From NCBI RefSeq assembly GCF_036321535.1, contig NC_087436.1, forward strand, positions 38,132,001 through 38,196,000: DNA of 64,000 nt, in the 5' to 3' direction. Source of the stretch: Camelus dromedarius (lineage: Eukaryota). How positions within the stretch are numbered: position 1 is the first letter of the stretch; each line of letters opens with the position of its first letter. The notes under the pieces were generated by a model that ran no database searches, was not told the origin of the DNA, and saw only the letters and a program-made list of their open reading frames with translations. Below are positions 1-13,649 of the stretch, in pieces. The translations under genes and the position numbers were made by a program.

Positions 1-261
1 TGAGACTATTGCATTACGGAGACTGCTCAGATCGTAGTCCTTAAGATCTGCAAGATTCTCCAAAAATATTTGTTTTTCATTAAGTGAAAGAGTAATGGAA
101 TACTGTGTCAATTACTTAAAGATCAATGATGCATTTAGACAGAAGCTGGGTCTGAAAATTTCCTGCAGAAAACAAACCAACACTATTAGAAATGCTGGAT
201 AAATTTCTTTAAAAACTCTCCTTAAAAGCATGAAAGGTCTAATAATATAATAAAGAACCAC

Positions 262-396
262 CTGATTTAAATCTAAATGAAGGTGGAATACAGAGGCTTG
301 AGTTGGGGGCATTGAACCTGCTTCGTTTTGAGGGTTTTCCACAGACTTGGAAAATCTCAGCTTTGGCTTGGATGACTTTGTAGGACTTACAGGGTT
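262..396 (-). other. Candidate 135-nt symmetric coding exon (unverified)
   Basis: tctccag|AAC...AATCAG|gtggtt; open in phase 0: NPVSPTKSSKPKLRFSKSVENPQNEAGSMPPTQASVFHLHLDLNQ; no homolog recognised. Confidence 0.2.
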
Positions 397-759
397 CTGG
401 AGACATAATTCAAAGTCTCAGATCTTTCCAAGTTGGAGTTCCACTAAAGCTGAGGCCCCAAGTGCTACACCTTCAAAGTGAGGTGAAACAAGTAATATAG
501 CCCTCCCCCAACCCCTGGGGACCACAAAGAACATTTCTTAGGCACTGGGAAGAGCAGGAAGTAGAAAATAAACTCCACTGAGAAGGTGCAACCCAAATCC
601 CAAGCTGGTCCCAGGGCAGACTCTCAACACAAGTCCACATCCCCTGGGTGGTGCAAACTTTCCACTCAGGAACTTGGTTTAAATGGCCTTGAACTAGGGG
701 CCTGCCAGACACAATTACAAATTCTCCGTGGAGAAATTTACTTTCATTTAGCTTCTCCT

Positions 760-1169
760 ATAGTCTCCTGCATCTCAGTTAATAGTGCTTTTGTTCCTCC
801 AGCTACTCAGGCCAAAAATCTCAGTATCATTCCTGACAATTCAGTTTCTCACACCTCCCATCCCGTCTGTTAGTAAATCCTATTTGTCTTTCCAGTATGC
901 CACATCATCTCTCTGTTGGAGTATCGCAATCATCTTCTCAGTGGTGCCCTTGCTTCTGTCTTTGTCTCCCTAGGAACTATTTGCAGTATAGTAGTCAGAA
1001 CCAGCCTGTTAAAATGTCAGTCATGTAATTCCTATGCTCAAGACTCTTTAAATGATTCTTACCTCACCCAGAGGAAATGCAAAAGTCTTTGCAGTGAACT
1101 CCAGGGCCTCAAACTTCTGCTCCCTTCACTTCTCGGCCTCACTTCCTGCTACTCTCCTATGTGTTCCGT
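760..1169 (+). mobile_element. LINE-2 fragment (left part, interrupted by an LTR)
   Basis: L2-like motifs 'ctcaggccaaaaatctcagtatcattcctgac' and 'ttaaaatgtcagtcatgtaattcctatgctcaagactc'. Confidence 0.7.
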
Positions 1170-1590
1170 GTGGCAGATGCTGTCAGTATCCCACCCACAA
1201 CTCTCTAGTTTACCCGGTCAGAACACACAGCCCCAACTCCACATGCCAGTGCCTGTATTTCCATGCCTGAGGGTTTCTTTTCTTTTTTTTTTTTCCTTGC
1301 CAGTGGAACCCAATTGTCTGCAGTGAGGCTGGTGAGAAATGCCAAGAATTAATATTTTCTGGGAGCAGCTCTCAACCAATGACTGACAGGAATTCTTAGA
1401 TAAATATCCCAGCTCCCTGGTTTCAGTTTTACTCTGTCTCCCAGAGATGTCAATTTGGGATTAAACTCCCCTACCCGTAGTATTAGCAACTTGAAAAATA
1501 CCCTTTCTTCTCTCACTTCCTGTCTCCCTACCAGTGGCCCTGTACTCCCAGATGATCATGTGGACCTGAATGCTTGTTTTAATTCCAAAT
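1170..1590. mobile_element. ERVL solo LTR (LTR16-like)
   Basis: Starts 'tgtggcagatgctgtcagt'; contains 'gggagcagctctcaaccaatgactgacagg...taaatatcccagctccc' typical of LTR16. Confidence 0.7.
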
Positions 1591-1599
1591 AAAATGTCC

Positions 1600-1995
1600 A
1601 ATCAGCAGCATGGCTCCTTCCTATTTCTTGAACACTCTAGGCATGCTCTGGCCTCACGGTTGTTGCATTTGTTGTCCCTAATCTCTTGTATGTAGTGCTA
1701 TTCTCCCACAAGTACACAGGGCCATTTACTGTACATCCTTCAATGAGGCCCTCCCTGGCCATCCTACTTGTGATCTTTTCAATCATTTAATTTCCTTTTT
1801 TTCCTAAACTATTTTTTCCCACTAACACACATCATAATTTAACTAATTAAAAACCGTGAGCATGCACCTGTATGTGGTGTATAATTTACTTGTTTATTGG
1901 CTCTTCTCTCACTGGAATATAGGCTCCCTGAGAAATGAGAATAAATTACTTGTCACATAGTAAGAGCTAAATAAATATTTGTTAAATTCATGATG
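1600..1995 (+). mobile_element. LINE-2 3' end (continuation of the 760-1169 element)
   Basis: 'ctcactggaatataggctccctgag' and terminal 'aataaatatttgttaaattcatga'. Confidence 0.7.
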
Positions 1996-2019
1996 GAATC
2001 AAAATAAATACTACTTCTA

Positions 2020-2785
2020 GGATAATGAATAGCTCAGAGGAAAAAAATCCAAACATAAAAGCAACAGAAATACCATGAGTGAGAATCAACAGAAACAAAA
2101 GATGCAGAAAGAGATCTACAAAGATTTAAGTGTGAAATTATCACAGAAATTACATTTGTTTGCTATGTTGAATAAAAAATATGAGATGAGATGTATCTGG
2201 AGCTGGAAACTGTGAAAGTAACTAAGCAGATATAAAATTAATTTCTTCAGATTAAAAATAAGATAAATTACAAAAACTTTGCCAATGAATTTATCAGCAT
2301 GTTCGATTCAGATGAAGAGAAAACTAATGAAATGAAATACAAGTCAAAAGATTTTTTTCTAGAATTTAGCAGAGAAAGAAAGATACGAAATATGTGGAAA
2401 GAGGCTAGGAGACTCAAAGAATAGAGTGAGAAAGTCTAGCATGCATCCAACACAAACTTCAGAGTACAGGAAAGGGAAAGTTTAGACTCTTGTGCAGAGG
2501 GCATAACAGAGTAACTGGTAGCAGGCTTACCCTCATGCTGTTCACAAGAATAGAACTGGACAAATTAAAGGAAGTAACTTTTCAGATACTGGACAATAGG
2601 CCTCATGGGTCTAAGATCCCTGAGAGAAGGGAAATATGCATAGTGACCTTATAATCACCCAGCTTTCAGTCTGGAGTCGACCTTTGGACTGTGGTTCAGG
2701 GAGGTAGAGTCTCAGAGGAGCACAACTCTCTCCTCCCAGGGCTGAGGAGTCATGATTGGGACTTCAGAGCTGCAAAGGTGCTGTA
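2020..2785 (+). mobile_element. Ancient L1 ORF1-region fragment followed by an L1MC/MD-type 5' end fragment
   Basis: A-rich decayed ORF1-like sequence at 2020-2480; 'gagtaactggtagcaggcttaccctc...agatccctgagagaagggaaa' resembles old L1 5' ends. Confidence 0.55.
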
Positions 2786-3004
2786 AAATAGATTTGTATC
2801 CTATTGCTCATTAATTCCAATATGGCCATTTTCTTTCTATAATGTTGTAACAGACTGTTGCTTCCCAGTTTTAGCTTTTTATTTTTTGTCCCTCTCTCTT
2901 TAATGTCTTTGCTTATTCACTTATTTAAATATTTGAATCTTCATTTTAATATTTTCATCTGTTAAAAGGAGAAACAGAAAATTATATTCACTATGTATAA
3001 TTTG

Positions 3005-3880
3005 ATATTTTATTGAATGTATTTGACATATAACAGTGTGTAGATTTAAGGTATATGTTAATTTGATACATTTATATTTTGTAATATGATTGCCATTGTA
3101 GTGATATTCAGCATCTCTATCACATCACAAAATTATCCTTTCTTTTTAGTAGCTGGAATAATTAATTTCTAGTCTCTTAGCAAGTTTAATAATTATAGTA
3201 CAATGTTATGCTATAATATTCATTATAATGTGCATTAGATCTCTGGCTTATTTACTACTCACGGCAAGTTTGCACCCTTAAACAATATCTATCTTATCTC
3301 CTCTTTTTTCAGCCCCTGGTAACTACAATTTTATTCTCTGCTTTTATAAGTTTGGCTTTTTAGATTCCACACATAAGTGATATCATACAGTATTTGTTTC
3401 TTTGTCTGACTTATTTCACTTAGAGTAATGTGCTCCATAGGTGTCCATGTTGTTGCAGATGGCAGGATGTCCTCCTTTCTTCTGGCAGAATAATATTTCA
3501 CTATGTGTATCTGTGTGTGCGTGCATGTGCATGCATGCATGTGTGTGTGTATAGCTTCTTCTTCATCTGTGCATTCATTGATGGGCATTTAGGTTGTCTC
3601 CATATTTTGACTATTATGAATTAAGCTGCAATAAACATGGGAATGCATGTAACTCTTCAAAATCCAGTTTTTATTTCTTTTGGGTATATACCCAGAAGTG
3701 GAACTGCTGAAACAAATGGTAGATCTATTTTTAATTTTTTGAGAAATTTCCATATTGTTTTCCATAGAGGCTATAACAATTTATTTTCCATCAACAGTGC
3801 ACAAGGGTTTCCTTTTCATCCCATCCTTGCCAGCCCCTATTGTTTCTTGTCTTCTTGATTCTCAGTAGCCATTCTAATAT
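3005..3880 (-). mobile_element. 5'-truncated LINE-1 (3'UTR plus ORF2 C-terminus)
   Basis: 'ttttagattccacacataagtgatatcatacagtatttg'; ORF 3331..3588 encodes decayed ORF2 C-terminus 'YYSA..EDILPSATTW..EHITLSEISQ'. Confidence 0.9.
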
Positions 3881-6219
3881 GAATGTCTTTAAATCTGCAT
3901 TCTTTTAATTTCCAACCAAAATCACAATTATTTCTGGAGTCTAAAGGAAAAACAAGTATTGATGTGGGGGTCAGGTGGCCCCACTTGTGAAGAAGAATGC
4001 AAAGTCTGAGAAATATGCAGGCTTGGCATCATTCGATCATTTCCATTATAGCCATTTGATTTATAAAATCACTATTCAGTATAATTATTCCCAAACATGA
4101 AAGTGACTTGTACATGTCACAAAAGACTGCCAAAGGCTCTCCCCACTATCAGTGGTATTACTCAGCTCATTAAATTTGCTAAACTTACAGCAGACATTTT
4201 AAATTGCCTCACAAATATCCTAGTATGAGTTGCCACCATTTTTATGCCCTGAAATAGGTCCCCAGTGTGTGCACTAATTAAATCTCCCATATGTGAATCA
4301 GGAAGTAATGGTGCTCCTCTGTTTTGCCTAGTAATAGTTCCAAAATAAGCTAGAAAAGTTGATCATAAGCAGATATGTATTTACTTTCCATCAAGTATTC
4401 AGAATTGCATTGTTGTTAGAAGTACCCCTTGTTACTTCCTAAGTTGGACAAGCATCTCTAATGAGGTGATTGCAAGGAATCTAGTCAGGGAACTTTGACG
4501 ACCTGGTGAAAGACAAGAGAAAATAAAAGAAGAACAGTTTCCTTTACAACTTTACATTGAAAGTAGGAATGACAATGTTGTCACAGAAAGTTTGCTGCAC
4601 CAGGAACATACAACTTTGATTAGATTACAGATAGCTAGCCATAAAATTCAGAGGTGAATTTCATTTGTTTTAAAAAGCAATAACATTTGGATTACATAAT
4701 CTTAGACAGTCTCCATTACTTTACCACACAGCGACAGCAATATTTCCCAAATCAATTTGAAATTCACCTATGGAGCCTCAATTATGTAGCTGAGGCATTA
4801 ATTTTAATCCTTAATTTCCCTTAGAATGCAATGCTCCTCATACTAAGAAAATTTCCTATTTGTGATACTATAAAAATAAAAGAGAAACAGAATCAACCTT
4901 TGTAGTTTTTTTTTTCCACTTCATTTGGAATTGCTTCATAATTATTTTTGCTGAAATACTGCCTAGTTATCCAAATACATGGGCAAATGTGTGAATATGA
5001 AGGGAAAGGATTTGAAGAATGGACGTTCTACCACCCCAGCCATTGTGTCCAAGCAAAATTCTCATTGGTCCTCATGAAATGAACAGAGAAGACCAGCTTC
5101 CTTTGTCATGTTGTCCCTCCTCAGTCATGACTTTTTGGTGGCAAAAAAAGGAAGGAGGGAAGAGGTAATTCTGCTTCAGAGGTGTTTCTGCTTCCACACC
5201 TACCCCTTACATCCGTTTTTCCCTTTTGGACTCTTGGTCTCGGCTGCCAAGAATATAAATTTCATAACCACTGGAAACACAAACTCCATTCTGTAGTTCA
5301 TTCAAATTTAATGAAAAAAATGAAAGCTTTATTTTCTTGCCCAAAAGTTATTAACTTAAAGGTGACAGAGACACTACGATTTATGGAAAACATGAAAGTA
5401 AAAGGGAGTGATGGAATGTGGAACTCGTATATAATGTTTAAGAATAAACAAAATAAAATAAAAGTGGAAAATCTCAGGTATTTTTTCTTTATGAAATGCT
5501 TTCATTTTATTTTCTTTCTAAATTACATTATAAGGGTTGTTTCGTCTGCTAAAGATTCAAACATAGAAAAACTTTTTGAAAATGATAGAGATTAATTTTC
5601 AGCAACCATATTATCTTTCTTTTTCTTTCAAAATAAAACTAGTCTTATAGGCTATTTTTCTAATTACAAAACAATCCCTGTCCAGGATATATTTAGTTTG
5701 AGGATATTTATGACATAAGAAAGGCAGAAAGAAAGCAGTGAAAATTACTTATATTTCCCCTATCAAAGTGTAACTATTGCTAGCATTTTTGCATATATTT
5801 TTACATATTCTCTTCTATGTGTTTGTATGTTTACTAAAAATGAGATCGTATTATAAGTGTTCCCTTGCAGTCTTGTTTTCCTTGTAATACTATATGATGA
5901 TTGCTTTTTCATTAAATAACCATAATTACATTAACATTTTTAAAGGCTGTAAAATATTATACAATACAGGTATTCTGTAAATTATTTAAACATTCACTAA
6001 CTGATGGACTTTTATGTTGTTTTTTAATGCTATTATTATAAGTTAGTAGCCATTATCATATTGTAAGCTGCCTGGCTGAATATTAATAAACAGATTTATC
6101 TATAAACTCAGAATAAATCAGTGAAAATTATGACCATGCTGGCAACCACAAATGTTAATTACATGAGGCCATTAGACCCAACAATTCAGTGTCATTCAAT
6201 ACCACTTTGTAACTGATTC

Positions 6220-7130
6220 ACCTATTCAACCACTCAATAAGCATTTATGAACTATAAGAATTATCAGGCCTAGTGCTAGGCACTAGGGATTCATGAGTGA
6301 ATAAAACAGTGACAGTCTTGGTCTCAAGAGGCTTACATTCCAATGGGTGAAGAAAATCAACAAGCATATACATAAACAAGAGATGAGAGATTTGATAAGG
6401 ACTTTGAATGAAATGAACAGGGTGATCTGATTAATTGTGTAAGTCTACTGAGCTAAGATGGCCAGGATCAAGCTCTTTGAGGAGTTGGTATTTAGTTGAT
6501 ACTAAGATAAACTACGATACTTTGGATAGATGTGGAAAAAACATGTAGCGTTCAGTGGCCATTTTAAGATATGCTTTAGCACTATAAGTAACAGGAACTG
6601 CTGATAAATTAGAGATGAGAAATGAGAAAAAGAAAGGAAAGAATTATTTAAATACTTTTCACTTTAGTAGATGGGTACATTGAGAAGGGAGATCCTGGGG
6701 AGAGGACACATTCTGATAATACATTTAATTGGGACCCAACAGTGAGGATGACATGGGCAAATTAAAAGGGTCATGGAGCTCAAAGGTTTAAATTTAGACG
6801 GCACTTAATGCCACAGCGCATGAGATCTCAAGGGAAAGAATGCAGAGCTGGAAAAAAACCTCAGGAACCAACCACAAGGCATTTCAAAATTTACCCATGA
6901 GATCGAGAAAGAGGAGACAGTGGAGAGATAGAGAAAGAGCAGCAAATGAGGGAGAAGAAATGCCAAAGAAAGTGGTGTCATGTAAGTTAAGAGAGGGGAG
7001 AGTTTCAAGGGACCGTGTGATCAACTTTTACAGGAGGGGCTGAGTGAGATGAGGACAGGCTCGTGTTTATAGATTTGACAGTAAAATTAGGTCCACCATG
7101 AGAAAAACCTGACTGCAGTTGAAGGCATCA
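6220..7130 (-). mobile_element. LINE-2 fragment
   Basis: Begins 'attcaaccactcaataagcatttatgaac...gtgctaggcactagggattca' (L2 3' end, reverse); purine-rich L2 body follows. Confidence 0.7.
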
Positions 7131-7639
7131 GAGTGGAATAAATATAAAGAAAACCTCTTCCTGATATAGCATGTATGAAAACTATCTGCAACATATTTGA
7201 ATAAGATTTTGAATAAAACCCAACACCTGTTTAATGTATGGCATTAAACAAGCAAGGTGATTTATCAACAGTCAGAAATTCCAAGAAGCTAAAACAGGCA
7301 GTTGGTCTGGGGCATTTGTCAACCTTGAGACTCAAGGTTCCCAACTGGAAAATTTCATTCGTTTTTCTTTTATTCCTTTGTGGAATGTGACCTTTACACC
7401 TTTTTTTCCCCCTCAGATACTGTGGTGTGTCCCATGGAGTTCCCAGGCTCTGGTGAGATCTCTTTCTACACCAGATCCCCATACTCATCAATCCAGATCA
7501 TGTTTAGGGAAGCACTGTTCCCCTCTATTAATAATATGTGCAGATTTTTGAAGCGAAAAGTCATAAGCGAATTTGGACAATCTGGGGAATATTTAAGCCC
7601 AACAGAAGTAGTCTGGAGGTTAAAATAAGTCCATTACCA

Positions 7640-7895
7640 TCAATAAGAAAAAAGTATATCTGTAATTGGTCAAAAATATCAGCATAAGTGCAAACTTCTA
7701 AAATAATCAGCAAACCAAATCCAGAAATGTATATAAGAGATACTGCTGATAGCACACTGGGTTTATTTCAGGTATGCAAAATTGCTCCAACTAGTATATC
7801 TATTAATACAATTCACTGCAAGGACACGTTACAAGAAAAATGTATGTGATCATCTCAATAGATACAGGGAAAAGTTAGTTAAAATTCAACTTAAA
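7640..7895 (+). mobile_element. Old L1 ORF2 (RT region) fragment
   Basis: 'cagcaaaccaaatccag...gggtttatttcaggtatgcaa...tgatcatctcaatagatacagggaaaag'. Confidence 0.7.
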
Positions 7896-7899
7896 ACTC

Positions 7900-8070
7900 C
7901 ACTCTTAGCCAGGCACATGGGCTGCCAGCTAGAGACTGCATTTTCCAGTGTCCCTTGTAGCTAGGGGTGACCATATGACTGAGTTCTTGCTGACAGCATG
8001 TGAGTAGAGGTGATGTGGTAAACTCTGAGTCTTGTCCTTGCGATGAACTGGGTTTCCACTCCTCTCTCTC
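7900..8070. mobile_element. MaLR LTR fragment (MLT1-type)
   Basis: 'cattttccagtgtcccttgtagctaggggtgaccatatgactgagttcttg...atgtgagtagaggtgatgtg'. Confidence 0.65.
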
Positions 8071-8550
8071 CTCTTCTTGCTTCTCACCTACCCAGACCTA
8101 CCATATTCCCAGACTTATTCTTGGCTCATCATAAAACTAGAGCCACTCCAGGTATACCTCTTAATTTTCTGTTGTATGTTGTCATCGTGGGTGTTCTTTA
8201 TCTGTGCTAATAAATTCTAAGCTTCCTGAAACAGAGAGTTCTACTTGTTCATCTTTATATTCCTTTAGACTCTGACATAAAATTAAGTTCACAGATAGTA
8301 TTTTTAAATATATATTTAATTGCCCTCAACTTTGTTGGCTTGTTCCTGCTGCTAGCTAAATGTGGTGCTATTTAATTGAAGCAAATTCTTACTTGGCTAA
8401 AAAGTTAAGCTACAATTTAAAAAATTTGAGTCCATTTAAGTCCTCATGTTACACTTAATTGCAGATATTTAATAACAATTGGTCTCCCCAGTGGAAGAGA
8501 AATGGTCTGAAGCCCTTGGAAGCCAGAGCTAGAATGTCAGGAGCTGAGAG

Positions 8551-8552
<2 letters not shown>

Positions 8553-8588
<36 letters not shown>
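8553..8588. repeat. Poly(T) tract, 36 nt
   Basis: Uninterrupted T run. Confidence 0.95.
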
Positions 8589-8592
<4 letters not shown>

Positions 8593-8607
8593 ATTTTCCT
8601 ATTACGT

Positions 8608-8730
8608 TCTTTTTTTTCAAAAATGAAGTATAATTGACTTACCATGTTATGTTATTTTCTTGTGTACAGCATAGTGATTCAGTTCATATATATACACATA
8701 CATACACACATACATTTATATATGAACTAT
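8608..8730 (-). mobile_element. Short L1 3'-terminal fragment
   Basis: 'tgaagtataattgacttaccatgttatgttattttcttgtgtacagcatagtgattcagtt'. Confidence 0.75.
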
Positions 8731-11700
8731 TACATATTTTAACACGGAACAAGCAGATAATATAAATTTTTTATTTCTTGGTAGTCCTAGACTGTATTAT
8801 AAAGAGATCCTATATTAATTTAGGATAGGTTTTCATAAATGTTTTGTAATTTGTAGAGCTATAAAAAAATCAAGTGCTTTTCTATGTCCAGAATCAATAA
8901 GCAACAATTATTTATTGGGTAATTACTAGTGGTGATACAATCTTCAATAATTTTTAAAGCTCTCTGATACCTGATTTCCTCATTTACAAAAAGGTTTTGA
9001 ACTACATGATCACTAAGATTCTCTCAGTTATAAAAGTTCATTTATTTTGTCTTAAAGACTGTTTTGTCATTGAGAAATATTTGTACAAAAAGCATAAGGG
9101 TGGGTCTCTTTAAATATAGTTACGGTTAGAGCCACCTAGGCTAGCAGTCTTTAACAGAACAAAGGTGTATGAGTGAACCTGAGTTTTGATGGAAACTTCA
9201 CCATGTGCTAACGCATTAGGTATGGTCAGAGGGGGAAGCTGAGGGTGAACTCGGTGGAGATGGATAGAGCAAAACTTGGTTGCAGAAAACTTTCCAGTGT
9301 TAAAAAAAGATAGTTATGAGAATAAAAAATACATGCAGTGAACAATACAAGTCAGAGGTACATACAAACGACACAAGTCAACAAGTTTTTACTGAACACC
9401 TACAATAAGCCATGCACTTGGGTTACACTGGTGAACAGAACAAAGTTCTCTGCTCTCGTGGAACTACATGCAAGTGCGATGAAGCCTTCACCTTCTGGAA
9501 GCCCTTGGTCAGATGAGTCACATGAGAAAGGTGAAGAAGAAACAGGAACCTGCAGTGAGGAATTGGTCTTGATTTCATTACAGCCAGAGAGATAGTTGTA
9601 ATGCAAATGACAATTATTTTGTTGAGGGATGAGAATTTAGATAAAAGGACACATGAAATGTTACGTACATATGTTATGTGCATGTGTAGAATCTTGCCAA
9701 GCATGGAGACATTCCTAACAGCTATGAGCATAACAGGTGATGTGTGACTCCAGGAAGATAGAAAAGTTTGCAGCGTGGGGCCTGATGATGAGCACTCCAG
9801 GTCATGATGCCATTTTTTTCCCGCCACACTAACCGGCGGTCTCCTTAAGGTACCGCCTATATTTCAGAAGCAGGGGAGCCAACTAACATTTTGGGCCAGA
9901 CCTTGTACATCTCATTGGCTCATTTGCTACTCGAGATAGCATGGAATATTTTAATATGATATATTCTTTGTACCGGACCAATTTTACAAGAAAATCTATC
10001 AATACGTGGTGGGTTCCTTAAGCTGACTGTGCATCGCACTTTGCTGCAATTTGTTTCCTACACAGAAATGTGGACACATAGTCCCTGCATCTAGTAAACA
10101 AAAAATAAAGTCAGAAGTGAAGGGAGGGCTATCTCCCACCTTACTCCACTTCCCACCCAGCTGGATGAGGGCTGGAGCTTACCGCCCTGCCAGGTTCCTC
10201 AGGACCTGGAGGTGCAGCCATTAACTGGTTCAGCACTGCAGGCTGCGTGCTCTGTCTCTGTCTTCTGTGCTAGAGGAAGGCTCAGTAGGTTATTTACCAT
10301 ATGGTACTATTCAGTATCATGTGGCCAGATTATGTTTCAATCCAAAGGCATCCAGAGATGTATATGAGGATACATACAGTCTAGGAATTATGTAAACGAA
10401 ACGTAAAAGATTTAAGCCTTAATATAAAGTAAACTGGGAGTTTCAATACATCTTACTTAGTTCAGGCTCTCTTAACTATTTCATGCAATCCATTTATTTA
10501 AAAAACATGATTTTTTCTTAACATATTGCTAGAGTAGTCTTATATGCATCAGTGTTCAGTCCCTTTTCTTTCTTGAATTATTCTTGTTGGGTTACTCATG
10601 ATCCAGAGAGAGAATAAATTATTTAAGCAAGACATTCATGTTGAAAGTATTGGGAGGGGGACAATGGTGGCAGGGAGGTCTGACTCTGTCTTATGGAGTG
10701 AAGGATGAATTCCTGCTTTTTGGGGGCCTTGTTTCCTTTCCAGCAAGTCCTGGCATTGAAACCCTGTGAAATTTCCCAATTCAGTTTAGTTTGGGGCCTT
10801 TCCTGTTCTGGAATTGCCAGATACTGTTGTCTGACACACCATGAACCTGAACTGAGCCAGAAAATTAGGGCTCTGGAAGCAGAGTCCAAGTGAAGGAACT
10901 GGTTCAATGCAACCTGGCTGGGCGTCCAAGTGGCACAGCCACAGCAGCCTCATACGGGCCGGGTGGCTGCTTTTTGCCAGTGCATAAAATCCTCTTGAGA
11001 TGCCAGCCCAAAATAGCAAATTTTGGGCAGATATTTTGAATGAAAATTGGCCCCAATCATTTCATAAACAAAGGATAACAACAACAATAATTAGTCTTAC
11101 ATTTACATAGCTCCTGGAGTCTTTCAAGTGCATTTATATATACATTTCTACGTGCTGCCAGAGCAGTTGTACATTATGGATTTATGCCTGAACACTAGGG
11201 GTTTGCCTCATTCCATTTGTTTTCTGGTGCAAGAAGCATCAGATGTTAAACACAATTTGAATATATTCAAGACAAATATGATGCATACAGTGAAGTGGAG
11301 ATCAGAATCAGAAGTCATGGCTTCTGTTATTATTATCATCAACGTTATTAATAATGTTGATTTAGGAGCTATACCTCCTTATGTCCATGCTGCACCTACT
11401 GGGTCAGACTAACATCAGCCACAGGGAGCCATAGAATTGCTGTGTAGGAAGCCTAGATGTTGTCCATAAAGGGCCTCCAGATACTGCTGGCAGGTTGTGC
11501 AGCTATGCAGTTTGTGTATTCAACAAACCTAAGGGGAGCCGGTCACATCTGCAAGCAGGCAGATCTCAGACACATGAGAGAGGACTGTGGCCTGCTCAGC
11601 TCTTCCTCTCAAATTTATCAAAGAGATAAATCATTCTTCCTCTCTTGGGGAGAAATGAACAAGGAGGCAGGGAGAAGCTGGATAGATTCCTTTCACTTTT

Positions 11701-13029
11701 CCCTCCCAGAGAGAGACTGGAAAATTTCCCCTTTTTATGAAAACAGGAGGAGTGGAAATACATAAGCTACATTGCTTTAGCAACGGTATTTGGTTGGTAA
11801 CCATATATATTTGTTTACTTTAGCTGAGGTTATTTTGCTATATGATCATTAGTTCCTATTAGTCAGTTTCACTAATTATATTTGAATTTATGTTCTGCAA
11901 GGCAGAGCGGGAACTTAGATTCAGTTATTGACTTTGTAAAATGACACTTAGAATCAAGCCATTGACTAGTCAAGTGATGGAGCAGCACAGATGGCCATTC
12001 AATACAATTTCATCCACCATTTTGTTGTTTGCAGAAATTCCATCAAGCAAATCTATTCCTTTTTTTAATAACACTGTCGTTTTGCTTAGGAAATTTATTT
12101 TCATATGCTAATGAATGTTGTAAATCTCCACAGTGGGGTTTAGTGTACAGTGTTTACCAGTTTATTTTATAAATGTCTCAATTGAACAAAAGGTTAAAAA
12201 ATTGGTATTATTTCTCAGATAACAAATTCTTTTTCTTCAAAATAGAACTATCAACCAAAGCCATCTTACAAGCTTGAAAATTATTCTTTCACCTGGTGGA
12301 CATTAATGTTTAATTAAAAAAAACTGTACACACACAATTAATTAATTAAAACCCACTGTGACATTTTTGGGGCATAAAATTAATATTTTTAGTAGTTTTC
12401 TAAAGTTGCAATAAGTGTTATGTTCTTATATGACTTGTAAAACAACATGATACATTATAATTAAATGATATACACATATATGAAATTAAATAAGAATAGG
12501 AAAAAAGTTGAGTCAAATTTTTGGTATAACCTCAGAATTTTTTTCCTAATTAAAGTTAAGTTGTCCCAAGAAAGCATATGCAATCTTTATTAACATCATA
12601 CCATGATGTAATGTTTGTTATTTTCTATATTCAAGTCAATGCACTTGTGTTTTTGATGTGCTATTTTTATTGCTATGACTAAGAGGCAAAGTTTATTGGA
12701 TATTCTAGGGAAACTCCAAGTTTTTTTCCTCTCAGTGTTTACTGATAGACTTTATTCACAAGATATGAGGGGTTTTTTTTTTAAATTATTACACACTAGA
12801 AATATTCTTCAGAAATTAATTTTGACTGCCAGTTTCTATTGTCTTTTTCTGATAGTAGATTATGGATATAAGATGTAAATGAAAAAGACTGGTTTCAAAT
12901 GTACTAACTTTGGCACTGGCTGAAGTCTGAATCCTAATATCAGAGAAGTGATGAGTATGGCTATCATGAAGATATTAGAATTGAAGCCAAGGACATTTAA
13001 AAGCACTCAGAAAGGTGATTCTTACTGAT

Positions 13030-13250
13030 TATAGATAATAAAAAGTAATATTTATTGAGAATGTATGAAATACCATACACTACTCTGACACTTTATGCAT
13101 GTCTAAACGTTTGATCTGCATAACAACACTTTAAGATAGGTGCTAGTATTAATTAATTCCATTTATAGATGGCAAAATAAAGACTCCAAGAGATAAAGTA
13201 AGTTTCCCAGGCTTCCTTAGTATGTGGTAAAGCTAGGATTCAAAGATAAG
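13030..13250 (-). mobile_element. MIR SINE
   Basis: 'tttattgagaatgtatg...ccatttatagatggcaaaata...agctaggattcaaa'. Confidence 0.7.
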
Positions 13251-13255
13251 CAGTA

Positions 13256-13615
<360 letters not shown>

Positions 13616-13649
13616 ACAGACACAGCTCACTAAGCCACTGTAATGGAAG

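Noticed and set aside
5211..5270. 60-nt minus-strand exon-like segment (tttccag ... gtaagg)
   Set aside because: Two frames are open, but it is not phase-compatible with the phase-0 model and no homolog is recognised
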